Shown: positions 1-9,785, numbered from the stretch's first letter. The stretch is DNA of 45,722 bases from an uncultured Clostridia bacterium (GCA_944386395.1 CALXAZ010000145.1:1-45722); one strand, 5' to 3'. The notes: generated by a model from the letters alone, not told the origin. Translations and numbers: made by a program.

Positions 1-444
1 GAAATAACCACCGATGAATGGTATGCCGATATACTCACCGCCAAGCTTATCGATCCCAAGCGCCGCCGCGACTTCCAGGTTATGGTCCTGCCAAACCTCT
101 ACGGAGACATAATCTCGGACGAGGCAGCAGAGTTTATGGGCGGGGTCGGCACTGCGGGCTCTGCAAACACCGGGAAGCGGTATGCCATGTTCGAAGCGAT
201 ACACGGCTCTGCCCCCCGCATGATAGAAGAAGGGCGTGGGCAGTACGCCGATCCGGGCTCGATGCTCCGCGCGGCAGCAATGCTCCTCTCGCACATCGGT
301 TACCAGCAGCTGTCTGAAAAGCTCGACCGGGCGCTCGACATTTGCATGTTTGAGGAAAAGGCGCTCACCGTCACCGGGAGAGACACCGGCTGCACATGCA
401 AAGAATTTGGAAACTACGTTATGGACACTGTGACAAGGCTCTAG
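1..444 (+). CDS. isocitrate/isopropylmalate dehydrogenase family protein, 3' end (5' end outside window); probably isocitrate dehydrogenase
   Basis: Frame 1 is open from base 1 to the TAG at 442-444. The translation (LPNLYGDIISDEAAEFMGGVGTAGSANTG...AMFEAIHGSAP) is the conserved C-terminal half of beta-decarboxylating dehydrogenases. Aconitase follows 9 nt downstream. Confidence 0.75.
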   Translation, partial: EITTDEWYADILTAKLIDPKRRRDFQVMVLPNLYGDIISDEAAEFMGGVGTAGSANTGKRYAMFEAIHGSAPRMIEEGRGQYADPGSMLRAAAMLLSHIGYQQLSEKLDRALDICMFEEKALTVTGRDTGCTCKEFGNYVMDTVTRL

Positions 445-453
445 GAGGTCCTT

Positions 454-2697
454 ATGATTAAACTTTTTGACGGCGGGGTATATCTCCACAACGGCAGGAA
501 CCCTGAAAACGATTATGAAAAGCTCTGCCATGAGTTTGCCTCTGTCCCCTCCCCCGAGGAGGCACGCAAAGGCACAATGGCCTGCTCCATACTCGAATCA
601 CACAACATTGACCCCGGCGGTGAGCTTCTCCGGCTGAAATTCGACTCGCTCGCCTCTCACGATATCACCTTTGTCAATGCCATACAGACGGCCAAAGCAA
701 GCGGGCTCAAAGAGTTTCCCGTTCCATATGTACTCACAAATTGCCACAACAGCCTCTGTGCCGTCGGCGGTACCATAAATGAGGACGACCACCGCTTTGG
801 TCTATCCGCTGCGAAAAAATATGGCGGTGTATATGTCCCGGCTCATATGGCTGTTATCCATCAGGTAATGAGAGAGCTTTTCGCCGGCTGCGGGAAAATG
901 ATCCTCGGGACCGACAGCCACACCAGATATGGCGCCATTGGTACGATGGGTATCGGCGAGGGCGGCGGCGAAATGGTAAAACAGCTTCTTTCCAAGCCGT
1001 ATGATATTGCCCGTCCCCAGGTAGTCTGTGTGTACATGACAGGAAAACCCTCCCCGGGAGTGGGTCCGCAGGATGTTGCCCTGGCGCTTGTCGGTGCAAC
1101 ATTTGCAAACGGCTTTGTTAAAAACATGGTCATGGAATTTGTGGGCGACGGCATCTCTTCACTCTCCATGGATTTCCGCAACGGCATCGACACCATGACC
1201 ACAGAGACTTCATGCCTCTCCTCCATCTGGGAGACCGACGAAAAAACCAGAGAATACCTCGAAACGCACCATCGCGGAGAGGACTACAGGCAACTTTCTC
1301 CCGCAGAATGGGCATATTATGACAGGCTTATATATGTTGACCTTTCAAAAATAAAACCAATGATAGCGCTGCCGTTCCACCCCAGCAATACATATACAAT
1401 AGAAGAGCTTCTTGCAAACCCGGGTGATATCCTCCGCAAGACCGAGCTCGACGCTGTGTCTGCAGTGGGGCGCGAGCTGAAGCTGACAAGCAAGATAACC
1501 CCAAAGGGTATCAGGATAGACCAAGGCATAATTGCCGGCTGCGCCGGTGGAACCTTTGAAAATATAATGGCAGCAGGCAGCATTATCGGTGGAAGGTCAA
1601 TCGGTCAGGATGAATTCTCCCTTTCCGTTTATCCCGCGTCACAGCCCGTTATGCTTGCGCTGATGGACAGCGGGGCTCTTCGTTCTCTTACGATGGCTGG
1701 CGCCACCATACGCACAGCCTTCTGTGGTCCGTGTTTCGGGGCAGGCGACGTTCCGTTTAATGATGGGCTGTCAATCCGCCATACAACACGCAACTTCCCT
1801 CACCGCGAAGGCTCCCGTCCCGGAGATGGTCAGATGGCTTCCGTGGCTCTGATGGACGCACGCTCAATTGCCGCAACAGCCGCCAACGGCGGGTATCTCG
1901 CAGCTGCGGACAGTGAATATGAGTGCCCTCCATATGTCTTTGATGACTCAGCTTATCGCAGCCGCATATACAATGGATACGGCAATCCTCAGGATGTGGA
2001 TCTCGCATATGGTCCAAACATCGTCGACTGGCCGGAGATCCCCTCCCTTACGGAGAACATGCTGCTAAAGGTTGTGACATATATTAAGGATCCGGTTACC
2101 ACTACCGATGAGCTTATCCCCTCCGGAGAAACCTCTTCCTATCGCTCAAACCCTCTAAAGCTTGCGGAGGCTACGCTCTCCCGCAAGGACCCTGAATATG
2201 TAGGCAGGGCAAAGACCGTGCTTGGGCTTGAAAAAGAGCGCCGTTCAGGCAACCTCCCACCAGAGCTTACAGGCATATATGAAAGGCTTAAAACCGTTGT
2301 CCCTTCCGCATCTTCGGACAATACAGGGTTCAGCTCTGTTGTATATGCCATAAAGCCGGGAGACGGTTCAGCGCGTGAGCAGGCTGCATCATGCCAACGT
2401 GTGCTCGGCGGAGGGGCAAACATCGCAAACGAATACGCCACTAAGCGCTACCGCTCCAACCTTATAAACTGGGGGATGCTGCCATTTACAACAGAGGACG
2501 CCGGTAAATTTGAAAACGGGGACTATATCTTTATCCCCGGAATACGTTCAATTATCGAAAACGGCGGCTCTGAGGCAAAAGCGTATATATTAAAGGACGA
2601 TTTAATTGAAATCTCCCTCTCGCTCGGAGAGCTCACTCCTGACGAACGCAGGATACTCCTCGCCGGATGCCTGATAAATGACTACCGGGACAATTGA
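454..2697 (+). CDS. aconitate hydratase (aconitase family Fe-S hydro-lyase)
   Basis: 747-aa ORF with AGGAGG 6 nt upstream of the ATG. Aconitase signatures are present: GTDSHT, a CGPCFG cluster-ligand region and a swivel-domain C-terminus. It is adjacent to the IDH-family gene. Confidence 0.8.
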   Translation: MIKLFDGGVYLHNGRNPENDYEKLCHEFASVPSPEEARKGTMACSILESHNIDPGGELLRLKFDSLASHDITFVNAIQTAKASGLKEFPVPYVLTNCHNSLCAVGGTINEDDHRFGLSAAKKYGGVYVPAHMAVIHQVMRELFAGCGKMILGTDSHTRYGAIGTMGIGEGGGEMVKQLLSKPYDIARPQVVCVYMTGKPSPGVGPQDVALALVGATFANGFVKNMVMEFVGDGISSLSMDFRNGIDTMTTETSCLSSIWETDEKTREYLETHHRGEDYRQLSPAEWAYYDRLIYVDLSKIKPMIALPFHPSNTYTIEELLANPGDILRKTELDAVSAVGRELKLTSKITPKGIRIDQGIIAGCAGGTFENIMAAGSIIGGRSIGQDEFSLSVYPASQPVMLALMDSGALRSLTMAGATIRTAFCGPCFGAGDVPFNDGLSIRHTTRNFPHREGSRPGDGQMASVALMDARSIAATAANGGYLAAADSEYECPPYVFDDSAYRSRIYNGYGNPQDVDLAYGPNIVDWPEIPSLTENMLLKVVTYIKDPVTTTDELIPSGETSSYRSNPLKLAEATLSRKDPEYVGRAKTVLGLEKERRSGNLPPELTGIYERLKTVVPSASSDNTGFSSVVYAIKPGDGSAREQAASCQRVLGGGANIANEYATKRYRSNLINWGMLPFTTEDAGKFENGDYIFIPGIRSIIENGGSEAKAYILKDDLIEISLSLGELTPDERRILLAGCLINDYRDN

Positions 2698-2731
2698 TGC
2701 ATTATCCAACCTGTTTTGTGTATTATAAGCA

Positions 2732-2763
2732 GAATAAGAGAGCACATATGTGCTCTCTTATTC
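2732..2763 (+). terminator. hairpin terminator after aconitase
   Basis: Perfect palindrome GAATAAGAGAGCACAT/ATGTGCTCTCTTATTC followed by a short T run. It lies in the convergent gap. Confidence 0.5.
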
Positions 2764-2773
2764 TTTAAACAAT

Positions 2774-2803
2774 AAAAAAGCGGATATCTTTTGATATCCG
2801 CTT
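2774..2803 (-). terminator. Rho-independent terminator of the decarboxylase operon
   Basis: On the minus strand AAGCGGATATC-AAAA-GATATCCGCTT is followed by TTTTTT, 15 nt after the oadB stop. Confidence 0.65.
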
Positions 2804-2818
2804 CTAATTTTAAATTGT

Positions 2819-4003
2819 TTAACCAAACACCGCAAGCAGGAATCCAGCCGCAACAGCCGATCCTATAACGCCCGCGACATTCGGACCCATGGCGTGCATG
2901 AGGAGGAAGTTTGCCGGGTTTGCCTTCTGTCCCTCGACCTGCGAAACACGCGCAGCCATCGGCACCGCCGAAACACCGGCAGAACCAATAAGCGGGTTTA
3001 TCTTCCCACCGGTCAGCGCGCACATAAGCTTACCAAGCAATACGCCGCCGGCTGTACTGAACGCAAACGCGAGCAGACCCAGACCAACGATATAGAGGGT
3101 CTCCCTTGTGAGGAACCTGTCGGCAACTGTGGTAGCGCCAACGCTCATTCCAAGGAAAATTGTGACTATGTTCATCAGCGCATTCTGAGCGGTATCACTC
3201 AGCCGCTCTGTCACTCCGCACTCACGGAAGAGGTTACCAAGCATCAGCATACCAAGCAGAGGGGCAACAGACGGCAGAAGCAGAATCGTGAAGATAGAAA
3301 CAACTATCGGGAACACTATCTTCTCTGTCTTTGAAACCGCACGCAGCTGCTCCATCTTTATTTCGCGCTCCTTCTTTGTGGTAAGAGCGCGCATTATCGG
3401 AGGCTGAATGAGCGGGATAAGCGCCATGTACGAATACGCCGCTATCGCTATTGCGCCCAGCAGATGAGGAGCAAGCTTACCTGTGAGGAATATGGCTGTA
3501 GGACCATCGGCACCACCAATGATACCGATTGAAGCGGCTTCCGGACCGGTGAACCCAAGTAGTATCGCAAGGATAAATGCGCAGTAGACGCCCAGCTGAG
3601 CCGCAGCTCCGAGGAAAAGCGACTTCGGGTTTGCAATCAGCGGTCCAAAGTCTGTCATCGCACCAACTCCGAGGAATATCAGCGAGGGATAGATTCCAGT
3701 CTTAACGCCGATATAGAGCATATCGAGCAGCCCACCATCGTGCAGCACTGCGCTGTAGCTTATTCCACCGGGCTGGTTTGCATCCCAAAGCTCGGGATGA
3801 TATATCTCCGCACCGGGAAGGTTTGTAAGGAGTGCACCGAAAGCTATACCGACGAGCAGCAGCGGCTCGAACTTCTTGACAATACCCAGATACAGAAGTA
3901 CGCAAGCCACTATTATCATTATAAGCTGACGCCAGTCAGCACCCATCATATAAAATCCGGAGGACTCCCATATTTTTTGTAATGTTTCAAGGACGGCATT
4001 CAT
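2819..4003 (-). CDS. oadB: Na+-translocating decarboxylase beta subunit (OadB/GcdB/MmdB family)
   Basis: 394-aa polytopic membrane ORF of the OadB/GcdB/MmdB family. It is the last gene of a tightly spaced four-gene operon. Confidence 0.9.
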   Translation of the reverse strand: MNAVLETLQKIWESSGFYMMGADWRQLIMIIVACVLLYLGIVKKFEPLLLVGIAFGALLTNLPGAEIYHPELWDANQPGGISYSAVLHDGGLLDMLYIGVKTGIYPSLIFLGVGAMTDFGPLIANPKSLFLGAAAQLGVYCAFILAILLGFTGPEAASIGIIGGADGPTAIFLTGKLAPHLLGAIAIAAYSYMALIPLIQPPIMRALTTKKEREIKMEQLRAVSKTEKIVFPIVVSIFTILLLPSVAPLLGMLMLGNLFRECGVTERLSDTAQNALMNIVTIFLGMSVGATTVADRFLTRETLYIVGLGLLAFAFSTAGGVLLGKLMCALTGGKINPLIGSAGVSAVPMAARVSQVEGQKANPANFLLMHAMGPNVAGVIGSAVAAGFLLAVFG

Positions 4004-4016
4004 AAGTATACCCTCC

Positions 4017-4796
4017 TTAACCGAGAACTATCAGCGGAGCGCCTGTGTCTACCGTTGCCCCCTGAGTGGTAACGACCTGCACAATGCTTCCGTCGCGGGG
4101 CGCCCGTATTTCATTTTCCATCTTCATGGCTTCGAGGATAACGAGTATATCCCCAGCCTTCACAGCCGCACCCTGGGTGACCTTAATGCTGAGGATCGTG
4201 CCGGGCATCGGGGCTGCAACGACCTCGCCGCTTGCAACAGGAGCTGCTGCCGGTGCAGGTGCAGGAGCTGCCACAGGCGCCGGTGCGGGTGCAGGAGCTG
4301 CTACAGGTGCAGGAGCTGCTACAGGTGCCGGTGCAGCCACAGGCGCAGCCGCGACAGTTCCGCCCATTATTACCAGCGGAGCACCTGTATCAACCGTCGA
4401 GCCCTGAGTTGCCGGAACCTGAGTAACAACACCGTCATGCGGGGCTCTTATCTCATTTTCCATTTTCATGGCCTCAAGGATAATAAGTATATCCCCAGCC
4501 TTCACGGCAGAACCGGGAGTGACTTTTACGCTGAGCACTGTACCTGGCATCGGGGCCGCGACAACCTCGCCGCCTGTAACTGTGGGAGCGGCAGCCGCAG
4601 GCGCCGCTGCAGGAGCCGCTGCTGCGACAGGAGCTGTTGCTGCGACAGGGGCTGTTGCTGCGACAGGGGCTGCTACTGCAACAGGGGCAGGAGCTGCGAC
4701 CTGAGCCGCCGCCTCATATTCGTCAACAAGGATGGCTTCGCCCTTTTCTACTTCCACTTCGTAGACCTTGCCGTTGAGGGTTACTTTATATTTCAT
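4017..4796 (-). CDS. biotin carboxyl carrier protein with two tandem biotinyl domains
   Basis: 259-aa ORF with the N-terminus [17 protein letters not shown] typical of small decarboxylase biotin carriers. It has two copies of the EAMKMENEI biotinyl-lysine motif, each preceded by an Ala/Pro linker. Confidence 0.85.
   Translation of the reverse strand: MKYKVTLNGKVYEVEVEKGEAILVDEYEAAAQVAAPAPVAVAAPVAATAPVAATAPVAAAAPAAAPAAAAPTVTGGEVVAAPMPGTVLSVKVTPGSAVKAGDILIILEAMKMENEIRAPHDGVVTQVPATQGSTVDTGAPLVIMGGTVAAAPVAAPAPVAAPAPVAAPAPAPAPVAAPAPAPAAAPVASGEVVAAPMPGTILSIKVTQGAAVKAGDILVILEAMKMENEIRAPRDGSIVQVVTTQGATVDTGAPLIVLG
4261..4326. repeat. 18-nt tandem repeats encoding the Ala/Pro linker (second linker of the carrier)
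   Basis: GCAGGAGCTGCTACAGGT occurs as a perfect tandem at 4291-4308 and 4309-4326, with a near copy at 4261-4278. Confidence 0.8.
4615..4686. repeat. 18-nt tandem repeats encoding the Ala/Pro linker (first linker of the carrier)
   Basis: GCTGTTGCTGCGACAGGG occurs as a perfect tandem at 4633-4650 and 4651-4668. It is flanked by near copies at 4615-4632 and 4669-4686. Confidence 0.8.
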
Positions 4797-4811
4797 AAGT
4801 CTTATCCTCCA

Positions 4812-5159
4812 TTAACCAATCTCTTTGATGGAGATAAAGCGAAGCATGTTCAGCTCTGCCTTCATCTCGTCCGCCACTATGGCCATAACCATAGCCGCTG
4901 TCTTATCCGAAACGTTATAAAGCTTTATATCCCCAAAAGAACCGGGTGCCGGAACCTTCTTTGGGGCTGCCGGGGCAGCGGGTACAGGTGCCGGAGCTAC
5001 CGGCGCCGCTGCCACTGGGGTAGCCTTGACCTCTTCCTTCTTTGCCTGTCCAAGTATACGCGGCAATACTACCATCACTATCATAATAGCGATGAGCATA
5101 AGGAATACTACGCCAAGCCCCATCACCGAATAGCCGAGGGCTTCAAGAATACCTAACAT
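4812..5159 (-). CDS. oadG: OadG-like small membrane-anchor subunit of the Na+ decarboxylase
   Basis: 115-aa ORF with one N-terminal transmembrane helix, a Pro/Ala linker and a conserved C-terminal segment (KLYNVSDKTAAMVMAIVADE). Its position between the alpha and carrier genes fits. Confidence 0.7.
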   Translation of the reverse strand: MLGILEALGYSVMGLGVVFLMLIAIMIVMVVLPRILGQAKKEEVKATPVAAAPVAPAPVPAAPAAPKKVPAPGSFGDIKLYNVSDKTAAMVMAIVADEMKAELNMLRFISIKEIG

Positions 5160-5173
5160 GCCTCTGTCCCTCC

Positions 5174-6550
5174 TTAAGCTTTTACGATGGTATATTTAGC
5201 TCTGTTTTCCTCTTTTTCAGCCCGCTTTTCAAAATATTTCTTCGCCTGTACCGGGAAAGCAATATAGCTGAGCACATCCTCGGTGGACTTTGCAAGCTCG
5301 CCTATCTCCTTCTTTGCTGGCTCAAAGCCCGGCTCGAGTGTAGCAGCATAGCGACCTGTTATGCGCTTCTCATTTCCGAGTATTTTCTTTTCAATCTCGG
5401 GATCTATCTCTCCAGGAGGTGTACCGTATTCGCCGTGTACGTAGGAATATATCTCCTTAGATACATTCTTATAGCGCTCGCCGGCAAGGACATTGCTTAC
5501 AGCCTGAACTCCAACCATCTGGCTCATTGGAGTAACCAGCGGCGGATAGCCAAGATCCTTGCGGACGCGCGGGGTCTCTTCAAGCACTTCGTTTATGCGA
5601 CCCATAGCATTCTGAGCCTTGAGCTGTGCGACAAGGTTTGAAAGCATTCCGCCCGGAATCTGATAGCTGAGGGCATCGGTCTTTGTCTCGAGCACAAACG
5701 GATCGAGAAGCCCGCTCTCGAGATATCCATCCTTAACGGGCTTAAAGAAATCGTTGATTTCCTTGAGTATGTCGTCGTTGAGGTCAATCTCGTAGCCAAG
5801 CTGACGGAGAGCATATACCAGTGACTCGGTAGCCGGCTGGGACGTTCCGCCGCTGAGGCAGGAGATAGACGTATCAATGATATCGCATCCGGCTTCAACT
5901 GCCTTGATAAGTGTTATCGGACCCAGACCTGTTGTGGAATGGGTGTGGAGGTCTACCGGAACTTTTACAGTTTCTTTAATAGCTTTTACCAGATCGTATG
6001 CCTCCTGCGGACCCATGATACCTGCCATGTCCTTGATGCAGATAGAGCTTGCGCCCATATTCTCCATCTCTTTAACAAGCTTCGTATAAGCCTCGAGGGT
6101 ATGAACCGGGGAGGTCGTATATGAAATCGCTATCTGTGCTTCTCCTCCGCGCTTGAGTGTCTCTTTTACAGCAACTTCAATGTTACGGAGGTCATTGAGC
6201 GCATCAAAAATACGGATGATATCTATTCCGTTTGCTATCGACTTTTCGACAAACAGGCGGACAACATCGTCCGGGTAATGTTTATAGCCCAGCAGGTTCT
6301 GTCCGCGCAGAAGCATCTGGAGCTTGGTGTTTTTGACATGCTTGCGGATATTGCGGAGCCTCTCCCACGGATCTTCGTCGAGATAACGAAGGCATGTGTC
6401 AAATGTTGCCCCGCCCCAGCACTCCAGCGAATAGTAGCCGGCCTTGTCCATCTTATCAAGTATGCCCTCAAATTTGCTGTAAGGCATTCTTGTGGCCAGC
6501 AAAGACTGCTGAGCATCGCGGAGAACAGTCTCTGTGATTTTGACTTTCAT
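5174..6550 (-). CDS. oadA: oxaloacetate decarboxylase alpha subunit, carboxyltransferase domain only (no biotinyl domain)
   Basis: 458-aa ORF starting MKVKITETVLRDAQQSLLATRM (HMGL-like pyruvate carboxyltransferase fold) and continuing with the OadA/PycB conserved region. AGGAGG precedes the ATG. Confidence 0.85.
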   Translation of the reverse strand: MKVKITETVLRDAQQSLLATRMPYSKFEGILDKMDKAGYYSLECWGGATFDTCLRYLDEDPWERLRNIRKHVKNTKLQMLLRGQNLLGYKHYPDDVVRLFVEKSIANGIDIIRIFDALNDLRNIEVAVKETLKRGGEAQIAISYTTSPVHTLEAYTKLVKEMENMGASSICIKDMAGIMGPQEAYDLVKAIKETVKVPVDLHTHSTTGLGPITLIKAVEAGCDIIDTSISCLSGGTSQPATESLVYALRQLGYEIDLNDDILKEINDFFKPVKDGYLESGLLDPFVLETKTDALSYQIPGGMLSNLVAQLKAQNAMGRINEVLEETPRVRKDLGYPPLVTPMSQMVGVQAVSNVLAGERYKNVSKEIYSYVHGEYGTPPGEIDPEIEKKILGNEKRITGRYAATLEPGFEPAKKEIGELAKSTEDVLSYIAFPVQAKKYFEKRAEKEENRAKYTIVKA

Positions 6551-6910
6551 AAAAACCTCCTAAATATTCGGATATTAACCGGTTTTTTGCTAATTGGGTG
6601 AATATGAAATCGCGCTAGATATCCATTGTGATACATTATTCATATTCAACTAAATACTAGCACAAAAGGGAAAAAAAGAAAAGGGATATATTGTAGGTTT
6701 TTTAACAGGTAGAATATTTTTTTTATTGCATTTTCACAAAAGTTGTAAATATCAGAGTATTTTTCGTACACATTGAAGCAGAAAATATACGGAACGCACA
6801 TATTATGCCTGATATCTGGCTTTTTACGCATGTCTATGCAGACTGCCTACACGTCGGTATCGCCCTCCTTTTATGGCGTGACAGGGAGCGGCATCTGTCA
6901 ACAAATTTGC

Positions 6911-6940
6911 TTGACAGGGCATGTCCGCGTAGTCTATAAT
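6911..6940 (+). promoter_or_regulatory. sigma-A type promoter of rpmH operon
   Basis: TTGACA (6911-6916), an 18-nt spacer, then TATAAT (6935-6940). It lies about 50 nt upstream of rpmH. Confidence 0.6.
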
Positions 6941-6992
6941 GCAAGATGTACCTTTGTGTACAGATAAACCTGAAACCAAGGAGGTGTACGAA

Positions 6993-7127
6993 ATGAAGCG
7001 TACATACCAGCCCAAAAAGAGCCAGCGTTCGCGTGAGCACGGTTTCCGTAAGCGCATGCACACAGCCAACGGTCGCAAGGTGCTTGCCGCCCGCCGTGCC
7101 AAGGGGCGCGCCCGCCTGACTCACTAA
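6993..7127 (+). CDS. rpmH: 50S ribosomal protein L34
   Basis: [44 protein letters not shown] (44 aa). GGAGG lies 7 nt upstream of the internal ATG at 6993. Confidence 0.95.
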   Translation: MKRTYQPKKSQRSREHGFRKRMHTANGRKVLAARRAKGRARLTH

Positions 7128-7139
7128 GGGACGAAAAAG

Positions 7140-7517
7140 ATGCTATTTACCACCGCTCTAAAGAAAAATTTTGAGTTCAGGCGGCTTTACCGGCGCGGTA
7201 AGTGCGCGGCAGGGCCGTGCGTTGCTGTCTACTGTCTGAAAAACGGCAGGGTAGCAAACCGCCTCGGGATTGCCGCCGGCACAAAGCTTGGCAACGCCGT
7301 TAAGCGTAACCTCGTACGCCGGCGGATAAGAGAGAGCTACCGGCTTTGTGAGCACAGGGTGATGCCCGGCTTTGATATTGTTGTTTCTGCCAGAGGCAGA
7401 TCGGTCTGCTCGGATTTCTCCGATATAGACCATGATATCAAAAAACAGCTCTCCCGTCTTGGACTTCTCAAGCCAGAAGATGCGGACTGTTCCGCATCAG
7501 ATACGCGGACACCTTAA
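7140..7517 (+). CDS. rnpA: ribonuclease P protein component
   Basis: 125-aa basic ORF directly after rpmH, with the LKKNFEFRRLYRRGK and NAVKRNLVRRRIRE motifs. Confidence 0.9.
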   Translation: MLFTTALKKNFEFRRLYRRGKCAAGPCVAVYCLKNGRVANRLGIAAGTKLGNAVKRNLVRRRIRESYRLCEHRVMPGFDIVVSARGRSVCSDFSDIDHDIKKQLSRLGLLKPEDADCSASDTRTP

Positions 7518-7532
7518 AGGAAGGGATGCACC

Positions 7533-7742
7533 TTGAAAAACCTTCTTCTCCGCCTTATATCCTTTTATCGAAAAGGGATATCCCCCCTCACACCGCCCTC
7601 CTGTCGATTTATTCCTACATGCTCGGAATATGCAATGCAGGCAATTGAAAAGTATGGCGCGGGAAAGGGGCTGTGGCTCGCCTTTAAACGGATAATGAAA
7701 TGTCATCCGTTTCACAAGGGAGGCTACGACCCGCTGGAATAG
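7533..7742 (+). CDS. yidD: membrane protein insertion efficiency factor YidD
   Basis: 69 aa with a TTG start. Contains [31 protein letters not shown]...[11 protein letters not shown]. Confidence 0.9.
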   Translation: MKNLLLRLISFYRKGISPLTPPSCRFIPTCSEYAMQAIEKYGAGKGLWLAFKRIMKCHPFHKGGYDPLE

Positions 7743-7862
7743 CAGCGGTCCGCCTAAGATGGCGGAAACGTACTCGGTCTTATCGGAAAGGCCGGACAAT
7801 GCGCAGGCGCAAGGGTAATCCCACGCCGCACACGGATAAACTCCGTCGGAGGAAAAGCTAAA

Positions 7863-8963
7863 GTGATTATTCCATACCTTGGTATATGGCAGACCGTTAT
7901 CGTACAGCCCATATCGTGGCTGCTTTTGGTGTTGTATAACTTTACATCTAACTATGGTCTTGCCATAATTCTGTTTACACTTATTACCAAAATAATTCTT
8001 CTGCCCTTCTCCGCAAAGAGCAAAAAGGGCATGATGGCTATGCAGCGCTTTAATCCCAAGCTCAAGGAGCTCGAGGCAAAATACAAAAATGACAAGGAAA
8101 AATACAACCAAGAGTTACAGAAGCTATATCAGCAGGAAAAGGTTAACCCTCTATCTGGCTGCATATGGGCACTAATTCCATGGCCCATCTTTATTGCGCT
8201 GTACAGCGCGATAAGGATGCCGCTGGACAATCTGATGCGGCTTACTTCTGAACAGGTATCCCAGATAATCCAGCTGCCTGTCATCACCGAGTTTCTTACA
8301 TCCAACAATATCGATGTAGCAACTGCTGCTGCAAATAACCAGATCGTCGTTGCAAACGCCATCCATCAGCACTTCGGCGAGGTAACTGCCGCCCTGCCGG
8401 AGCTTGCGCATACTCTTGTCGATGTGAACTTTAATTTCTTGGGAATGAACCTCTCGCTGACCCCCGTATTTAACGTTGTAAATGTATATTGGTTTCTGCC
8501 AATAATTTCCGGAGCCGTCATGTATCTCAGCACAAAGCTTATGCAAAAGCTCCAGGGTGGAGACAGCTCTGCCGCTGATAATCAGACAGCAAGGATGATG
8601 ACCTTTATGGGTCCCGCAATGTCCGTATGGATAGGATATATGTGGCCCTCTGCCATGTGTCTCTACTGGATTGCAAACTCTTTATTCGGCATGGTTCAGG
8701 ACACTCTGCTCACATTCTATTACCGCAAAAAGTTTGCCGAGCAGGACGCGATAAAGGCAGAAAAAGAGGCCGCTGAGCGCGAGGCGCTCAGGCAGAAAAA
8801 GGCGGCTCAGGCCGCCAGGCGGTTGGAAAACGACAAGAGGAATCGCTCCAAGACATCCAAAAATTATAATAAGCTCAAAGGGCAGATTGAATCCTCAAAT
8901 CCGAAGCCGGAAGATGCTCCGGAAGAGGATACGAAGGAAGGGAGCAACAATAACGATGAATAA
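7863..8963 (+). CDS. yidC: YidC/Oxa1 family membrane protein insertase with a long charged C-terminal tail
   Basis: 366 aa with a GTG start and GGAGGA 9 nt upstream. The polytopic core contains GLAIILFTLITKIILLPF and KVNPLSGC. The C-terminal ~85 aa are rich in K, E and R. Confidence 0.9.
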   Translation: MIIPYLGIWQTVIVQPISWLLLVLYNFTSNYGLAIILFTLITKIILLPFSAKSKKGMMAMQRFNPKLKELEAKYKNDKEKYNQELQKLYQQEKVNPLSGCIWALIPWPIFIALYSAIRMPLDNLMRLTSEQVSQIIQLPVITEFLTSNNIDVATAAANNQIVVANAIHQHFGEVTAALPELAHTLVDVNFNFLGMNLSLTPVFNVVNVYWFLPIISGAVMYLSTKLMQKLQGGDSSAADNQTARMMTFMGPAMSVWIGYMWPSAMCLYWIANSLFGMVQDTLLTFYYRKKFAEQDAIKAEKEAAEREALRQKKAAQAARRLENDKRNRSKTSKNYNKLKGQIESSNPKPEDAPEEDTKEGSNNNDE

Positions 8964-9768
8964 ATCGGTTATTACAACCGGAAAAACTATCGAAGAAGCC
9001 ATCGAAAAGGCTGTTGCCGAGCTTGGTGTCAGCCGCGAAAATGTCCAGATAGAAGTTCTGGAGCGCCCAAAGTCCGGATTTCTCGGCATAGGCAGTGCCC
9101 CGGCAAAGGTACAGGTCTCCTATGAGACCTCCCGCGCCGACAAGGCTGCCGCCTTTCTCGAGGGGCTCCTTAAAAGAATGAACTCCAATGCCACTCCGGT
9201 AATCGAGGTGGGCGAAGAAGGGCTTCTCGATATCCATCTTGAGGGGGACAACCTTGGTATGCTGATAGGTCGCCGGGGCGAAACCCTCAACGCAATACAG
9301 CACATAACAAATTACGTTGTCAACCACGGCGAAGAAGAGCGCGTCCGCGTCGTCGTTGACATTGAAAACTATCGTCAGAAGAGGGAAGAGTCCCTCCAGA
9401 AGCTCGCTGAAAAGACGGCTGCCAAGGTAATGAAATACCGCCGCAACATCGCGCTCGAGCCAATGAACGCATACGAGCGCCATGTAATACACGCCGCCCT
9501 CCAGAGCTACAAGGACGTCTCCACCTTCTCTTCCGGTGCCGAGCCGCGCCGCTGCGTTGTAATAAGCTACACTCCTAACGGGGAACGCCCTGCACCCAAA
9601 CAGAGCCAGGGCAGCAACCGCCAGCCCCGTAGCTTTAACGGACGCGGAAACCGCGAAGGCTCACGTCCACCGCGCGAGCATCGTGAAACGCCCACGCAGC
9701 AGGTTGCGCAAAAGCGTAAGAGCCTTGAGGTGCGCGAGTTTGGCGTTTCCCACAGCGACGAAGAATAA
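8956..9768 (+). CDS. jag: Jag/KhpB RNA-binding protein (Jag_N, KH, R3H) with an Arg/Gly-rich tail
   Basis: The internal ATG at 8956 (MNKSVITTGKTIEEAIEKAVAELGV) overlaps the yidC stop by 8 nt. The R3H region is LEPMNAYERHVIHAAL. The 8887 start in the ORF track is an in-frame extension inside yidC. Confidence 0.85.
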   Translation: MNKSVITTGKTIEEAIEKAVAELGVSRENVQIEVLERPKSGFLGIGSAPAKVQVSYETSRADKAAAFLEGLLKRMNSNATPVIEVGEEGLLDIHLEGDNLGMLIGRRGETLNAIQHITNYVVNHGEEERVRVVVDIENYRQKREESLQKLAEKTAAKVMKYRRNIALEPMNAYERHVIHAALQSYKDVSTFSSGAEPRRCVVISYTPNGERPAPKQSQGSNRQPRSFNGRGNREGSRPPREHRETPTQQVAQKRKSLEVREFGVSHSDEE

Positions 9769-9785
9769 AAGTACATCTGTTAAAA

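Noticed and set aside
4437-5156. 239-aa plus-strand ORF, rich in Cys and Arg, opposite the biotin carrier and the OadG-like gene.
   Set aside because: It is the mirror image of the Ala/Pro-linker repeats (GCN and CCN codons read in reverse). It has no start context, and the real genes are on the other strand.
6551-6992. The AT-rich 440-bp spacer upstream of rpmH considered as oriC, and the small ORFs within it (6646-6831, 6773-6967, 6824-7124).
   Set aside because: I found no DnaA-box-like 9-mers by eye. The ORFs are AT-rich with odd composition and no SD. The spacer is adequately explained by two divergent promoter regions.
8887-8955. N-terminal extensions suggested by the ORF track. Affected starts: jag 8887, M20 peptidase 11110, lepA 11398, hemW 13952, rnfC 22530, rnfD 23795, asparaginase 31730, mreC 40267, maf 40884, dut 41427 and the DnaD-like gene 44080.
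   Set aside because: In each case an internal start codon has a proper SD at 5-9 nt and gives the family-typical N-terminus. The extensions overlap upstream genes or promoters.
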